A stretch of DNA of 64,000 nucleotides from Bacteroidota bacterium (lineage in GTDB: Bacteria; Bacteroidota; Ignavibacteria; UBA10030). The notes below the pieces were generated by a model. It did no database searches, was not told where the DNA came from, and worked only from the letters and a program-made list of their open reading frames with translations. Made by a program: the position numbers and the translations under genes. Of this stretch, positions 47,495-57,187 are shown piece by piece (position 1 is the first letter of the stretch; each line of letters starts with the position of its first letter). The stretch spans positions 50 to 64,049 of the forward strand of contig DATJQB010000290.1 in assembly GCA_035506075.1 (NCBI GenBank). Direction: 5' to 3'.

Positions 47495-47553
47495 ACACCG
47501 CGCATGCTCAGTGCACCGCCTGCACACATCTGCAGGATCAACCAGGGAGACAC

Positions 47554-48375
47554 ATGACATTTATAGAGAAACTTCAGAAGGCACAACGGAAGAACAAATC
47601 CCTCCTCTGCGTCGGCCTGGACACCGACCCGGCGAAGCTCCCTCCGCATCTTGGAAAAAGTGCGGCTGCGGTGTTGAAATTTAACCGTGAGATTATCGAG
47701 GCCACGGGCGATCTTGTCTGCGCATTCAAGTTGAATCTGGCATTCTATGAGGCCCTCGGCGAAAAAGGATGGCGCGTGATTCGCGAGACGCTCGCCGCCG
47801 TACCAAAATCGGTCATCACGATCGGCGACGGCAAGCGCGGGGACATCGGCAATACCGCGGAACGCTACGCGAGCGCACTTTTCGATGAGCTGGAATTTGA
47901 CGCAGCAACGGTAAACCCCTATCTCGGCTTCGACTCGGTGGAACCGTTCATCCGCTCTGAAGCACACGGTGCCTTTGTCCTGGCGCTGACGTCGAACAAG
48001 GGTTCGAACGATTTCCAGCGCCTCACGATTCATGGACGCCCGTTGTACGAGAAGATCGTCCAGGCGACACTGAAGTGGGATACACACCACAACATTGGTC
48101 TCGTCGTCGGCGCGACGCACCCGGCCGAGCTGAAACCGATCCGCGACCTCGCCCCGGCGATGCCCATCCTCATCCCGGGTATCGGCTCCCAGGGGGGAGA
48201 TCTGGAATCCGCAGTCCGGTTTGGATGCAACAAGAACGGCCTTCTCGCGGTGATTAACGCAAGCCGCAGTGTCCTCTACGCGTCGAAGGGAAAAGATTTC
48301 GCCAAAGCCGCCCGGGCTGAGGCGCAACAACTCCGCACACAAATGCAGCAATTCCGCACACAGTATTTCTCCTGA
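47554..48375 (+). CDS. pyrF: Orotidine-5'-phosphate decarboxylase (type 2, long form)
   Basis: ORF 47476..48375 trimmed to MTFIEKLQKAQRKNKSLLCVGLDTD. KLNLAFYEALG, ITIGDGKRGDIGNTAE, LIPGIGSQGGD. Confidence 0.85.
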   Translation: MTFIEKLQKAQRKNKSLLCVGLDTDPAKLPPHLGKSAAAVLKFNREIIEATGDLVCAFKLNLAFYEALGEKGWRVIRETLAAVPKSVITIGDGKRGDIGNTAERYASALFDELEFDAATVNPYLGFDSVEPFIRSEAHGAFVLALTSNKGSNDFQRLTIHGRPLYEKIVQATLKWDTHHNIGLVVGATHPAELKPIRDLAPAMPILIPGIGSQGGDLESAVRFGCNKNGLLAVINASRSVLYASKGKDFAKAARAEAQQLRTQMQQFRTQYFS

Positions 48376-48380
48376 GCCCC

Positions 48381-48404
48381 CGCGGCCGGAGCGATCCGGC
48401 CGCG
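48381..48404 (+). terminator. Strong GC hairpin after pyrF without U-tract (possible rho-dependent/structural terminator)
   Basis: cgcggccgga-gcga-tccggccgcg: 10-bp perfect stem 6 nt after the pyrF stop. Followed by ctgctcctcc rather than a T-run. Confidence 0.35.
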
Positions 48405-48432
48405 CTGCTCCTCCGCTTCACAGACGCTCATC

Positions 48433-49956
48433 GTGGGAAAACTCACGCTCAATATTCCTGAGCGGTTCCTGCGCCATATCTGGAACTGCCAGTACCTCGA
48501 TCCGCTTGCCCTGAAAACATCCGACAACCGTGTCGTCCGGGTGCTCGAAGCCGGATCGCTGAACTCCGACGGCGGACCGGACTTTCGTGATGCCGTTATC
48601 CGGATCGGCGGCACAACATACCGCGGCGACGTGGAGTTTCACAAAACCCTTGCGGATTGGCGACTTCACAGACACTCGGAAGATCCCGGATACAACCGGG
48701 TGATTCTCCATGTCGTCTTCGAGCGCGGATCCGATTCCGCCACAACCCGATCGCACAGCGGCCGGACGATACCCGTTCTCCTGCTCGAGCCTTTCCTTTC
48801 CGAATCGATCCGTCTGCTGTGGCACAAGACAATTCAGGACGAACATCGCATGCTAAGAAGAACAATTCGCTGTGCCGGATTCAACAGCACGGTCGATGCA
48901 ACGCTCGTGATCACGTGGATCCGGAGGCTTGCCGTCGAACGCCTGGAGCTGAAACTCCGCCGCCTCGACGAACGGCTGAGGGAGCTGGCTCATATTCATC
49001 TCCTCGAAGTGCATGACCACACCGGGGACATCCCGCCGTGGCGAATCCAGGGTGATCCCGATGATCTTCCCCCTCCCTTTCGGGAATTGAAAACCACACA
49101 CCTTGCCGCACGTGAATTCTGGGATCAACTTCTGTACGAAGGTCTGATGGAATGCCTCGGCTACAGCAAGAACCGCGAGCCGTTTCTCAGGCTTGCCCGG
49201 GCCGTAACGCTCCGGGTCATCCGGGATCACGAACTCGAAAAGGATGAGTTGTCGCTGCAGGCGGTTCTCTTTGGAGCGGGCGGGCTCTTGCCAAAGATGA
49301 AGGATCTTCATGAAAAGGAATCACGCGAGTTTGTCCGGGACCTGACGCACCGATGGAGGGAGTTCAAACCGCACTACAGGGCTTCCGTCTTGCACGCGGC
49401 AGACTGGCAGTTTTTTCCAACGCGTCCGGCGAATTTCCCGACGCACCGGCTTGCTGCAGCCACCCCGTTGATTCGCTTCATACTGTCAGCCGATCTGTTT
49501 CGCGGAATCGTTGAGAAGATAAAATCCGACAACCCCCAGGGCCGTTCTCTGCATGAGGTCAGGAGCCTGTTCCGACTTGAGCCGTTGCAGTACTGGACAC
49601 GTCACACCCATTTCGACCGGGTGTGCTCACGGTCCGTACACCCGCTCGGAGCCGAACGGATTGACATCGCGATTGCAAATGTCGTTGTTCCTCTCGTCCT
49701 GCTGTACGCGCGCATCTTCAGGGACCGCGTCGCACGTGAACGAACGCTGCAGTTGTTTGAGTCAATGCCTCCGGCAGCAGAGAATTCGATTACACGTTTT
49801 ATGGCTGGTCAGTTGGTGCAGGATCGCCTTGGGAAGACCTCGGTGAGTACGCAACAGGGGGTAATACAACTCTACAAATATTATTGCAGCGAGGAGCGTT
49901 GCGCGGAGTGCGACATTGGCGTGACCATTGCAGGTGCTTTGAGCGATGCGCCATAG
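48433..49956 (+). CDS. DUF2851-family protein
   Basis: 507 aa. N-terminal ERFLRHIWNCQYLDPLALKTSDNRVVRVLEAGSLNSDGGPDFRDAVIRIGGTTYRGDVEFHKTLADWRLHRHSEDPGYNRVILHVV reproduces the conserved DUF2851 N-terminal block (E.LLq.IW..q.f...L.T.DG..v.V...G..N.d.GPDF..A.i.i....w.G.VEiH...SdW..H.H..D..Y..ViLHVV). Confidence 0.7.
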   Translation: MGKLTLNIPERFLRHIWNCQYLDPLALKTSDNRVVRVLEAGSLNSDGGPDFRDAVIRIGGTTYRGDVEFHKTLADWRLHRHSEDPGYNRVILHVVFERGSDSATTRSHSGRTIPVLLLEPFLSESIRLLWHKTIQDEHRMLRRTIRCAGFNSTVDATLVITWIRRLAVERLELKLRRLDERLRELAHIHLLEVHDHTGDIPPWRIQGDPDDLPPPFRELKTTHLAAREFWDQLLYEGLMECLGYSKNREPFLRLARAVTLRVIRDHELEKDELSLQAVLFGAGGLLPKMKDLHEKESREFVRDLTHRWREFKPHYRASVLHAADWQFFPTRPANFPTHRLAAATPLIRFILSADLFRGIVEKIKSDNPQGRSLHEVRSLFRLEPLQYWTRHTHFDRVCSRSVHPLGAERIDIAIANVVVPLVLLYARIFRDRVARERTLQLFESMPPAAENSITRFMAGQLVQDRLGKTSVSTQQGVIQLYKYYCSEERCAECDIGVTIAGALSDAP

Positions 49957-49980
49957 GATCACCCATTCCGGATGCCGGGG

Positions 49981-51276
49981 TCAGGTCTTCTGCTGTTTCT
50001 TTTTGGCCGCCGGGAACAAGACGTTGTTGAGGATGAGGCGGTAGCCGGGGGAGTTCTTGTGAAGAGAGAGATCGGTCGGCGGATCGCCCACGGCGTGCTG
50101 GTAGTCTTCCGGATCGTGACCGCCAAACCATGTGAACGTGCCTCTTCCGAAATTGCCGTGGATGTATTTGACTTCATCCGTTCCCTCCCGTTGCGCCAGC
50201 AGGGTAACCGTTCGTTTGATGAGATCCTTCTTGAACGCAGTTGTTTGCCCCATGAATCCTTTCACAATCGATACATGGTTTTGCGTCAACATGGACGGAA
50301 CGGGATCGTACTTTGCCGAAAATTCAAAGAGCGTAAAATAGTCCGTGTTTGGATCCCGGATGGGGGGCGGGTCGCTCGGTGGAATATCGATGTCGGAATA
50401 CTCGTACCGCATCGGGTTCATGTCGAGTGTAAAGTTCTCGAACACAAGCGTCTTGCTGAAGTCCAGTTTTTTTTGTGCGTTCGGATCGGGGGGGTCCCCG
50501 TCGAACATCACGTCGCAGATATCAACCCCCTCTGCCGCGAGCGCAATGTCATAGCTGTCCGTCGCCGAGCACATGGCGAACATGAATCCCCCGTTGCCGA
50601 CGAATTCCTTGATGGAGCGCGCAACGGCCTTCTTTTCTTCCGACACCTTCTTATATCCCAGCCGCTTTGCTTCCTTTTCATACAACAATTGTTGATCGAT
50701 GTACCATTGGGCGTACCTGTAGTTTGCGTAGAATTTCCCGTACTGCCCCGTGAAATCCTCGTGGTGCAGGTGCAGCCAGTCGTACTCGGCCAGTTTGCCC
50801 GACAACACTTCTTCATCCCACACCTTTGTGTACGGGATCTCGGCGTATTCGAGCGCCAGGGTCACGGCGTCATCCCAGGGTTTGAAGTTCGGGGGAACGT
50901 AGACGGCGATCTTCGGCGCCTTCTCGAGACGAACGACATCCATGTTGTTGTCTTCCCTCTGCACCTCCGCATCGATCGACGCCGCCTCAGATGCGTTTTC
51001 CGGCTCGAACAACACGCCGCGAATTCTGCATTCACGCGCGAGCACATCGCTGTAGTCTGCCATGAACGAACCGCCGCGGTAGTTCAGAAGCCAGTCCACC
51101 TCGCCGTTGTGCTGAAGGACCCAGAATGCAATGCCGTAGGCTTTCAGGTGATCGGTCTGCTTCAGATCCATCGGGATGAGCAGCTTCGATTGTGCCTGCG
51201 ACGTCACGATTCCCGTCGTCAGCATGAGGACGGTGAACGCGAGTCGCAGGACGTGGTTTGAGAACTTCAATCTCAT
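49981..51276 (-). CDS. Secreted hypothetical protein (possible GATase1/ThuA-like fold with candidate nucleophile Cys)
   Basis: 431 aa. Signal peptide ...LTTGIVTSQAQ. Trp/Tyr/Asp-rich. GGFMFAMCSATDSYDIALAAEG segment. A full-length mirror ORF on the + strand (49972..51261) is Arg/Val/His-rich and judged antisense noise. Confidence 0.55.
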   Translation of the reverse strand: MRLKFSNHVLRLAFTVLMLTTGIVTSQAQSKLLIPMDLKQTDHLKAYGIAFWVLQHNGEVDWLLNYRGGSFMADYSDVLARECRIRGVLFEPENASEAASIDAEVQREDNNMDVVRLEKAPKIAVYVPPNFKPWDDAVTLALEYAEIPYTKVWDEEVLSGKLAEYDWLHLHHEDFTGQYGKFYANYRYAQWYIDQQLLYEKEAKRLGYKKVSEEKKAVARSIKEFVGNGGFMFAMCSATDSYDIALAAEGVDICDVMFDGDPPDPNAQKKLDFSKTLVFENFTLDMNPMRYEYSDIDIPPSDPPPIRDPNTDYFTLFEFSAKYDPVPSMLTQNHVSIVKGFMGQTTAFKKDLIKRTVTLLAQREGTDEVKYIHGNFGRGTFTWFGGHDPEDYQHAVGDPPTDLSLHKNSPGYRLILNNVLFPAAKKKQQKT

Positions 51277-51291
51277 GCGTTGTGTGCCCGG

Positions 51292-53196
51292 TCAGATTGA
51301 ATCGCCGCGAAGAAAGCGGATGCGTTTGCGCGCTTCCTCCACGTAGAGGGACGTTGGATAGTTTGCCAGAACTTCCTCGTACGACTCGATCGCTTTCTTC
51401 TTGTCCTGCAGTTTTGATTCATACACTTCGGCGACGCGCATTTGCGCCCGGTCACGGAGAACGCTCGTCGGCATGTCGTTGATCACTCTGCGGAACATGA
51501 CGAGTGCATCGTTCACCTTGTCGAGGAGCAACTCCATCTCCGCGCTGCGCATCGCCGCGTCGTCCGCAAGCGTGGAGGCGGGATAGTGTTCGAGAACCGA
51601 CTGGAACCGGCCGAGCGCTTCAGAGTATTTTCGTTGGCGCACGAGCAGTTCCGCAGCCGCAAATTCTGTGAGTGCCTGCGGGCCGGCGCTCTTGTTTTCC
51701 TGGATAAAATACAGCAGCTGTAACGCGTCGTTGGCCAGGTCGTTGGTAATATTCGCGCTGATGTGCTGAAGCGAAGCACAGCATGAATCAAACCGCGCCT
51801 CGAAGTAATCGAGCTCGGCCAGCCGGAAGAGAATTTGGTCGCGGTACTGATCCGGCGCACCCCTCACAAGTCCGCTGTATTCCTTGCGGGCTTTCGCGAG
51901 ATCGTTTCTTGCGATGTCTACCTCGGCAAGACTCAGTGTCGCTTCGTACACGAGGGTTGCGCTGAACGGCATGGTCCGAATCCTGTCAAACGCGGCGGCG
52001 GCACCATTGAGATCGAAGAACCGCTGGAAGCGAATGACGCCGATCCTGTAGAGCGCCTGCATGGCGGTCTCGCTGTTGGGCTGATCCTTGATGAGCGATT
52101 CATACAGTGCCAGCGATCCCTGGAATGTCGGTTGGGTTTCTGAAACGACCGCCCCGCGCTGATCGGAAACGGGCTGTTGTGCGACACGCTGCGCGAGGGT
52201 ATCGTTCAGGGCGCTCAACTCCTCAATTGCCCGCGCATATCCGTACCTCGCATACATGAGAATGTTAAGAGGCGCCTTCCCTTCAATAACCTCTCTAAAC
52301 GCTTTTGCGGCTGTAAGATATGCGTGCTCCTGTGCCGCCCGCTGTGCGAACTGATAAATCTCGAGTCCGTTTGCTTTCGTCAACCGATCGATGACCTGAT
52401 ATTCTCCAAGCGCCGCGTCAAATTGTTTTCCCTCCATGTACAGCCACGCAAGGACGGAGTGCGTCGGCACGTCGTTGGGTGTCCGCACCGCTTCCGCCTT
52501 GAACACGGCCAGCGCCGCAATCCTCCCGTCTTCGTGTCCGGTGAAACCGGACAGCCGCGACTGGATGTACGTCACCTGCTGAGGATTCGTCCGGAGGATC
52601 TTTACAAACTCCAGGGTCGCTGCATCGTATTGGTGAAGCGCTCCGTAGAGTGTGGCAAGGTCTTCCATGAAAAGGCTTTGATTCGCTGCGGCAACACGCC
52701 CCATCTTGTAGACATCAATGGCCCTGTCGTACTGCCGATGCTCAATCAGTTGAGAGGCGATTAATCGGTACAGGTTGGCGTTCTTTGGGTCCTTTCGAAG
52801 CACCACCTGCCAGACCGAATCAGCGGTCTGTGGCTGTCCCGACAAATCGTACAGGCCGCCCAGAATGGACAGAAGATTTTCGTCTGATGGATTCACCCGA
52901 AGCTGTTGACGGACAAGATCGATCGCCTTGTCGTATTGCTTCAGTTCCGTGTAGCCGCGCCGCAATCCCTCCAGCACAACAAAGTTTTGAGGTGACGATT
53001 CAAGCAGTGATTCATACACAGTAACAGCGCGATCCCATTCGCCGGCCTGCTCGAAGCTCTGGGCAAGTCTCAGCTTCGCAACGACATCCGTCTGCTGGGC
53101 AACGGCGCATGACGCACACACAACGAGCGCGAACGCACAGCCATATGCGTATGCGCGCAGCGTTTGTCCGTCGATATGAAGTCCGGAAATTTTCAT
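51292..53196 (-). CDS. Secreted multi-TPR-repeat protein
   Basis: 634 aa. Signal-like YGCAFALVVCASCAVAQQ. More than 12 TPR-like 34-aa units (e.g. AGEWDRAVTVYESLL..., LKQYDKAIDLVRQQLRVNP..., FDAALGEYQVI...). Confidence 0.7.
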   Translation of the reverse strand: MKISGLHIDGQTLRAYAYGCAFALVVCASCAVAQQTDVVAKLRLAQSFEQAGEWDRAVTVYESLLESSPQNFVVLEGLRRGYTELKQYDKAIDLVRQQLRVNPSDENLLSILGGLYDLSGQPQTADSVWQVVLRKDPKNANLYRLIASQLIEHRQYDRAIDVYKMGRVAAANQSLFMEDLATLYGALHQYDAATLEFVKILRTNPQQVTYIQSRLSGFTGHEDGRIAALAVFKAEAVRTPNDVPTHSVLAWLYMEGKQFDAALGEYQVIDRLTKANGLEIYQFAQRAAQEHAYLTAAKAFREVIEGKAPLNILMYARYGYARAIEELSALNDTLAQRVAQQPVSDQRGAVVSETQPTFQGSLALYESLIKDQPNSETAMQALYRIGVIRFQRFFDLNGAAAAFDRIRTMPFSATLVYEATLSLAEVDIARNDLAKARKEYSGLVRGAPDQYRDQILFRLAELDYFEARFDSCCASLQHISANITNDLANDALQLLYFIQENKSAGPQALTEFAAAELLVRQRKYSEALGRFQSVLEHYPASTLADDAAMRSAEMELLLDKVNDALVMFRRVINDMPTSVLRDRAQMRVAEVYESKLQDKKKAIESYEEVLANYPTSLYVEEARKRIRFLRGDSI

Positions 53197-53346
53197 TGCC
53201 CTTCGTACATCAACTTATCAAAAAACGCCGCCGTAATCAATGAAACGCCCCTCCTCCTCTTTGAACACATGAGATGATGCCAGATGTTCCGCGCCGCGGA
53301 CTTCGGTTGATTTGCCCTGCTATTTTGCTTACCTTTTTTCTACATC

Positions 53347-54501
53347 ATGGGTGCTTGCCAGAACATCGCGATCCTTGGCTCAACGGGCTCGATTGGTACC
53401 AGCAGCCTCGAGGTGATCAGGAATTTTCCGGACCGCTTCCGGGCAACGTACCTTACAACGAACCGCAACATTGAGTTACTGCAGCAGCAGATTGCTCAGT
53501 TTCGGCCGAAGGGTGTTGTCGTCCTCGACGAGCGCAGCGCTGCCGAGCTCCGCTCGCGCCTGGATGGTTCCGTGGAGATACTCTCCGGTGCATCGGGGCT
53601 TGAGAACGTTGTCACGCGGGATGATGTCGACACCGTCATCAGCTCGCTTGTAGGCTTCGCGGGACTCAAGCCGACGATTGCCGCCATCCGGCATAAAAAA
53701 CGGATTGCCCTGGCGAACAAAGAGACGCTTGTGGTCGCCGGCGGCTTCATCACCTCTCTCGTCCGCGAATACGGTGTCGAGCTCCTGCCTGTCGACAGCG
53801 AGCACAGCGCGATTTTCCAGTGCCTTGTCGGCGAGGACCGGTCGAACGTCGCCAAGCTGCTTCTGACCGCATCGGGGGGGCCCTTTCTGAACATTCCTTC
53901 GGAGTCTTTTGCTTCGCTGACCGTTGAAGCCGCTCTCAATCATCCGAAGTGGAAGATGGGGAACAAAATCACGATCGATTCGTCGACGTTGATGAACAAG
54001 GGACTGGAAGTGATCGAAGCCCGCTGGCTGTTCGGACTCGGCGGTGACCGGATTCATGTCGTCATTCATCCGCAGTCCATCATCCATTCAATGGTTGAAT
54101 TTGTCGACGGCTCCGTGAAAGCGCAGCTCGGTATTCCCGACATGAAGATCCCAATCCAATATGCGCTCACCTATCCCGAGCGTTGGCCGATGAACGGCTC
54201 ACGGGTGGATTTCCCGGAACTTCAGTCGATGACATTTTTCAAGCCGGACCGGGACAAGTTCCGCTGCCTCGGGCTTGCCTACGATGCGCTCGCCTTGGGG
54301 GGCACGGCACCGGCGGTCCTCAATGCCGCCAACGAGGTTGCCGTTCACTCGTTCCTGAACCGGGGAATCTCATTTGACAAGATCCCGACTGTCATTGAGC
54401 GGGCTTTGGCGCTTCACAAAACACGCACAAATCCTGATATCGACGATATCATTGAAGCCGATCGCGAGACGCGGGCTTTCGTTGGAACTCTTTTGAATTG
54501 A
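53347..54501 (+). CDS. dxr: 1-deoxy-D-xylulose-5-phosphate reductoisomerase
   Basis: 384 aa. NIAILGSTGSIGTSSLEV (NADPH fold), LANKETLV, DSEHSAIFQCL, PKWKMGNKITIDSSTLMNKGLEVIEA. Confidence 0.9.
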   Translation: MGACQNIAILGSTGSIGTSSLEVIRNFPDRFRATYLTTNRNIELLQQQIAQFRPKGVVVLDERSAAELRSRLDGSVEILSGASGLENVVTRDDVDTVISSLVGFAGLKPTIAAIRHKKRIALANKETLVVAGGFITSLVREYGVELLPVDSEHSAIFQCLVGEDRSNVAKLLLTASGGPFLNIPSESFASLTVEAALNHPKWKMGNKITIDSSTLMNKGLEVIEARWLFGLGGDRIHVVIHPQSIIHSMVEFVDGSVKAQLGIPDMKIPIQYALTYPERWPMNGSRVDFPELQSMTFFKPDRDKFRCLGLAYDALALGGTAPAVLNAANEVAVHSFLNRGISFDKIPTVIERALALHKTRTNPDIDDIIEADRETRAFVGTLLN

Positions 54502-54516
54502 TAACGGTAGTATAGA

Positions 54517-54535
54517 GGGGCCCCGGCCGGGGTTT
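54517..54535 (+). terminator. Weak palindromic GC element between dxr and rseP (possible attenuator/terminator)
   Basis: ggggccccggccgggg is self-complementary and followed by ttt. No long U-tract. Confidence 0.25.
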
Positions 54536-54567
54536 CCGGCTGTCGTTCACGACTATTTGAGACCTCG

Positions 54568-55881
54568 ATGGATTTCTTTCCGACACTTTTCTACTTCCTT
54601 GTTGTCATCGGCATCCTTGTGCTTGTACACGAGCTTGGCCATTTCCTCGCGGCGAAATTTTTCGGCATGCGTGTCGATCGCTTCAGCATAGGGTTCCCTC
54701 CGCGAGCGTTCGGAAAAAAAATCGGCGACACAGACTATTGCGTTTCCTGGATCCCCATCGGCGGTTATGTGAAGATCGCCGGCATGGTGGATGAGAGTTT
54801 CGATACGGAATTTCTGAATGAGGACCCGAAGCCCTGGGAGTTTCGCGCCAAACCGATCTGGCAGCGCCTGATCGTGATTTGCGCCGGCGTGATCATGAAC
54901 ATTCTTCTCGCCGTCGTCATCTTTTGGGGCATCATCATCTATCAGGGCAAAACCGTGAAGCCGGTGACGCAGATCGACCATGTCACGGCTGAGAGTCCGG
55001 CTGCCAAGGCTGGTTTTCTCGCCGGCGATATCGTCGTCAGCGTGAATGGTGAGTCGGTCACCTACTGGGAAGATGTGGAGAATCTCTTATACTCCGACGC
55101 TCTTTCCGGGAACCTCGTCGTCCAGCTTACAAGGGGCGGCGAACCGACCACGTTGAAGATCGGCAGGCCTCTGACTTCAGAAATTCTTGAAAACGGACTC
55201 GGGCTTTACCCGGCGGGAATTGTCGCTCTTGTTGGAAGCGTCGAATCGGGAAAGCCGGCAGACCAGGCCGGACTCAAGGCGGGCGACATCATTCTTGAGA
55301 TGGGAGATCAGAAAGTTTCCTTCCACTCTCTGCCTGAAATCGTGAAGCGTTACGCTGGCAAGGGAATCACCCTGAAGTGGAAGCGCGACGGAGAGATGAA
55401 AGAGGCCCAAATTGTTCCGACTGCGGAAGGAAAAATCGGCGTCGGCTTTACGCCTCTTTACAACGGTCCGCACGCAAATATTCACTATTCTCCTCTTGCT
55501 GCCCTGCCGGAAGGAATCAGGGATGCCTGGAACATGAGTTGGATGAATTTGAAGAGCATTTACCAGATTTTCGTCGGGCGTGTCTCGCTTTCCAAGTCGG
55601 TCGCCGGTCCGATCATGATCGCCAAGATGGCAACCCGATCCGCAGAAACCGGCATCATTAATTTCCTCGGGTTCATGGCTCTCCTGAGCATGAACCTTGC
55701 CATCCTCAACCTCTTTCCCTTTCCCGCCCTCGACGGCGGACATGCGATGTTCCTCATCTACGAAGGAATCTTCAGGCGCGAGATACCTGCGAAAGTCAAG
55801 ATCGCGTTCCAACAGGTCGGCTTCGTGCTTTTGCTTGTTTTTATGGCCTTCGTTCTGTATAATGACATCATTCGTTTTTGA
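54568..55881 (+). CDS. rseP: RIP metalloprotease RseP (site-2 protease, M50 family) with PDZ domains
   Basis: 437 aa. HELGHFLAAKFFGM (HExxH in TM1). Two PDZ-like segments (AAKAGFLAGDIVVSVNG, ADQAGLKAGDIILEMGD). LNLFPFPALDGGH (LDG motif). Confidence 0.88.
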   Translation: MDFFPTLFYFLVVIGILVLVHELGHFLAAKFFGMRVDRFSIGFPPRAFGKKIGDTDYCVSWIPIGGYVKIAGMVDESFDTEFLNEDPKPWEFRAKPIWQRLIVICAGVIMNILLAVVIFWGIIIYQGKTVKPVTQIDHVTAESPAAKAGFLAGDIVVSVNGESVTYWEDVENLLYSDALSGNLVVQLTRGGEPTTLKIGRPLTSEILENGLGLYPAGIVALVGSVESGKPADQAGLKAGDIILEMGDQKVSFHSLPEIVKRYAGKGITLKWKRDGEMKEAQIVPTAEGKIGVGFTPLYNGPHANIHYSPLAALPEGIRDAWNMSWMNLKSIYQIFVGRVSLSKSVAGPIMIAKMATRSAETGIINFLGFMALLSMNLAILNLFPFPALDGGHAMFLIYEGIFRREIPAKVKIAFQQVGFVLLLVFMAFVLYNDIIRF

Positions 55882-55970
55882 CCTCTCTCTGTGTGACTTT
55901 GCGCACTCCTATTGAGTCTCAAGTTTTCTAGTTTCTGGCAAACTGTCTTATTCCAAAAGGAGGGATTCCT

Positions 55971-57164
55971 ATGAAAAAACTCTTGTTGGCATGTGGGGAG
56001 AGTTTCTTGCGCATCGGCGCGGTCGTCGTAATAATCGCTCTTGCGTTCATCTTCACTCCCTCCTCCTATTCCCAAACAACTTATAGTCTCTCGTTCGAGG
56101 GACTCCCGAGCGGCACGGTCGACCTCACGCAATATATCGGCCTTGACAGAAAGCTGAAGACAAACGTCGCCGGACAGGTTCTTCATATCTCCGTGGCTCC
56201 GCCGCTGACGAAGACTCAGAAAGTCCGGCTCAGCATTGCCGTTTCGGGATCCGGGTCCACCGTGACAGAGTGCAATCTCAATCCGATTGCCACGGCGACC
56301 ACGGTCGCCTTTGATATCTCCGGAGCCGGCCGCGATCTCGGTGCTTCCGATTTCACAGGCAACTCGGGAATCGGCGTACAAACGTCCGATACGAAACAGT
56401 CGTGCATCGACGCTCTCGCCGACAAGATGACACAGGGTGTCGCTGCGATTCCCGCGGGTATTTACACAATCGCTGCCACTCTGAACGATGCCAACACGGG
56501 AGCCATCCTCGGATCGACAACGTATCCGATTGTCATCCTCGGCCAATCCACGAACGAGGCGACCCTGAACCTCACGTCGCCGACAAACGGAGAGCAGGTC
56601 ACCCAGTCGGCCAGCGTGATTTTCCAGTTCGAGAACTCCATTGGCGGGCGTCTGCTCGTGTTCGAACACTCCACCCTCAGCCAGTCTCCCGACGATGCAA
56701 CGGCGGATCTGAACTCACCGTTGAAAATGGTCGATGTGACATTCGACAGCAAACACACGGGAAGCAATCAGGTCAACGCTGTGAATCCCGGTGTCGCACT
56801 TCGTCCCTGGACGGCGGGCAAGAAATATTCTTGGTACTTCCTTGGTACGTTCGGTAACTCGAGCGCCGCCGCATCGGGAAGTGCTGTTACGAAGAAGAGT
56901 CCCATCTGGTCGTTCACTGTTGTTTCGAGCGACCCGCTGTATGCCCGGCTTGTCGATGCACTTTCGGGCGCGCCTGAACCGGTTGGCTCTTCATATCAGA
57001 ATCTGGCGAGCTCCGGATACCTGTTGAACCTCTCGAGTACATTTTACCTCCAGGAAGGAGATAACGCTTCCCCGAAGCCGATCCAGCTTCAGGATGTGTT
57101 GACGTTCCTGAGAAGCCTTGCGGGCAAAAATGTCCAGATCAGGGCTGGGCTTGTCACTCAATAA
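55971..57164 (+). CDS. Secreted hypothetical protein (first gene of FecR/OMP/CHASE2-cyclase operon)
   Basis: 397 aa. Signal/anchor MKKLLLACGESFLRIGAVVVIIALAFIF. Ser/Thr/Gly-rich beta-type composition. No recognised domain. Confidence 0.6.
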   Translation: MKKLLLACGESFLRIGAVVVIIALAFIFTPSSYSQTTYSLSFEGLPSGTVDLTQYIGLDRKLKTNVAGQVLHISVAPPLTKTQKVRLSIAVSGSGSTVTECNLNPIATATTVAFDISGAGRDLGASDFTGNSGIGVQTSDTKQSCIDALADKMTQGVAAIPAGIYTIAATLNDANTGAILGSTTYPIVILGQSTNEATLNLTSPTNGEQVTQSASVIFQFENSIGGRLLVFEHSTLSQSPDDATADLNSPLKMVDVTFDSKHTGSNQVNAVNPGVALRPWTAGKKYSWYFLGTFGNSSAAASGSAVTKKSPIWSFTVVSSDPLYARLVDALSGAPEPVGSSYQNLASSGYLLNLSSTFYLQEGDNASPKPIQLQDVLTFLRSLAGKNVQIRAGLVTQ

Positions 57165-57187
57165 CTTCTTGGATGGAGGATTCTCCG

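Noticed and set aside
53300-53330. Bacteroidetes-type -7 promoter element (TAnnTTTG) upstream of dxr
   Set aside because: The closest match, ctattttgc, is one T short of the consensus. Taxonomic placement is uncertain, so it was not called.
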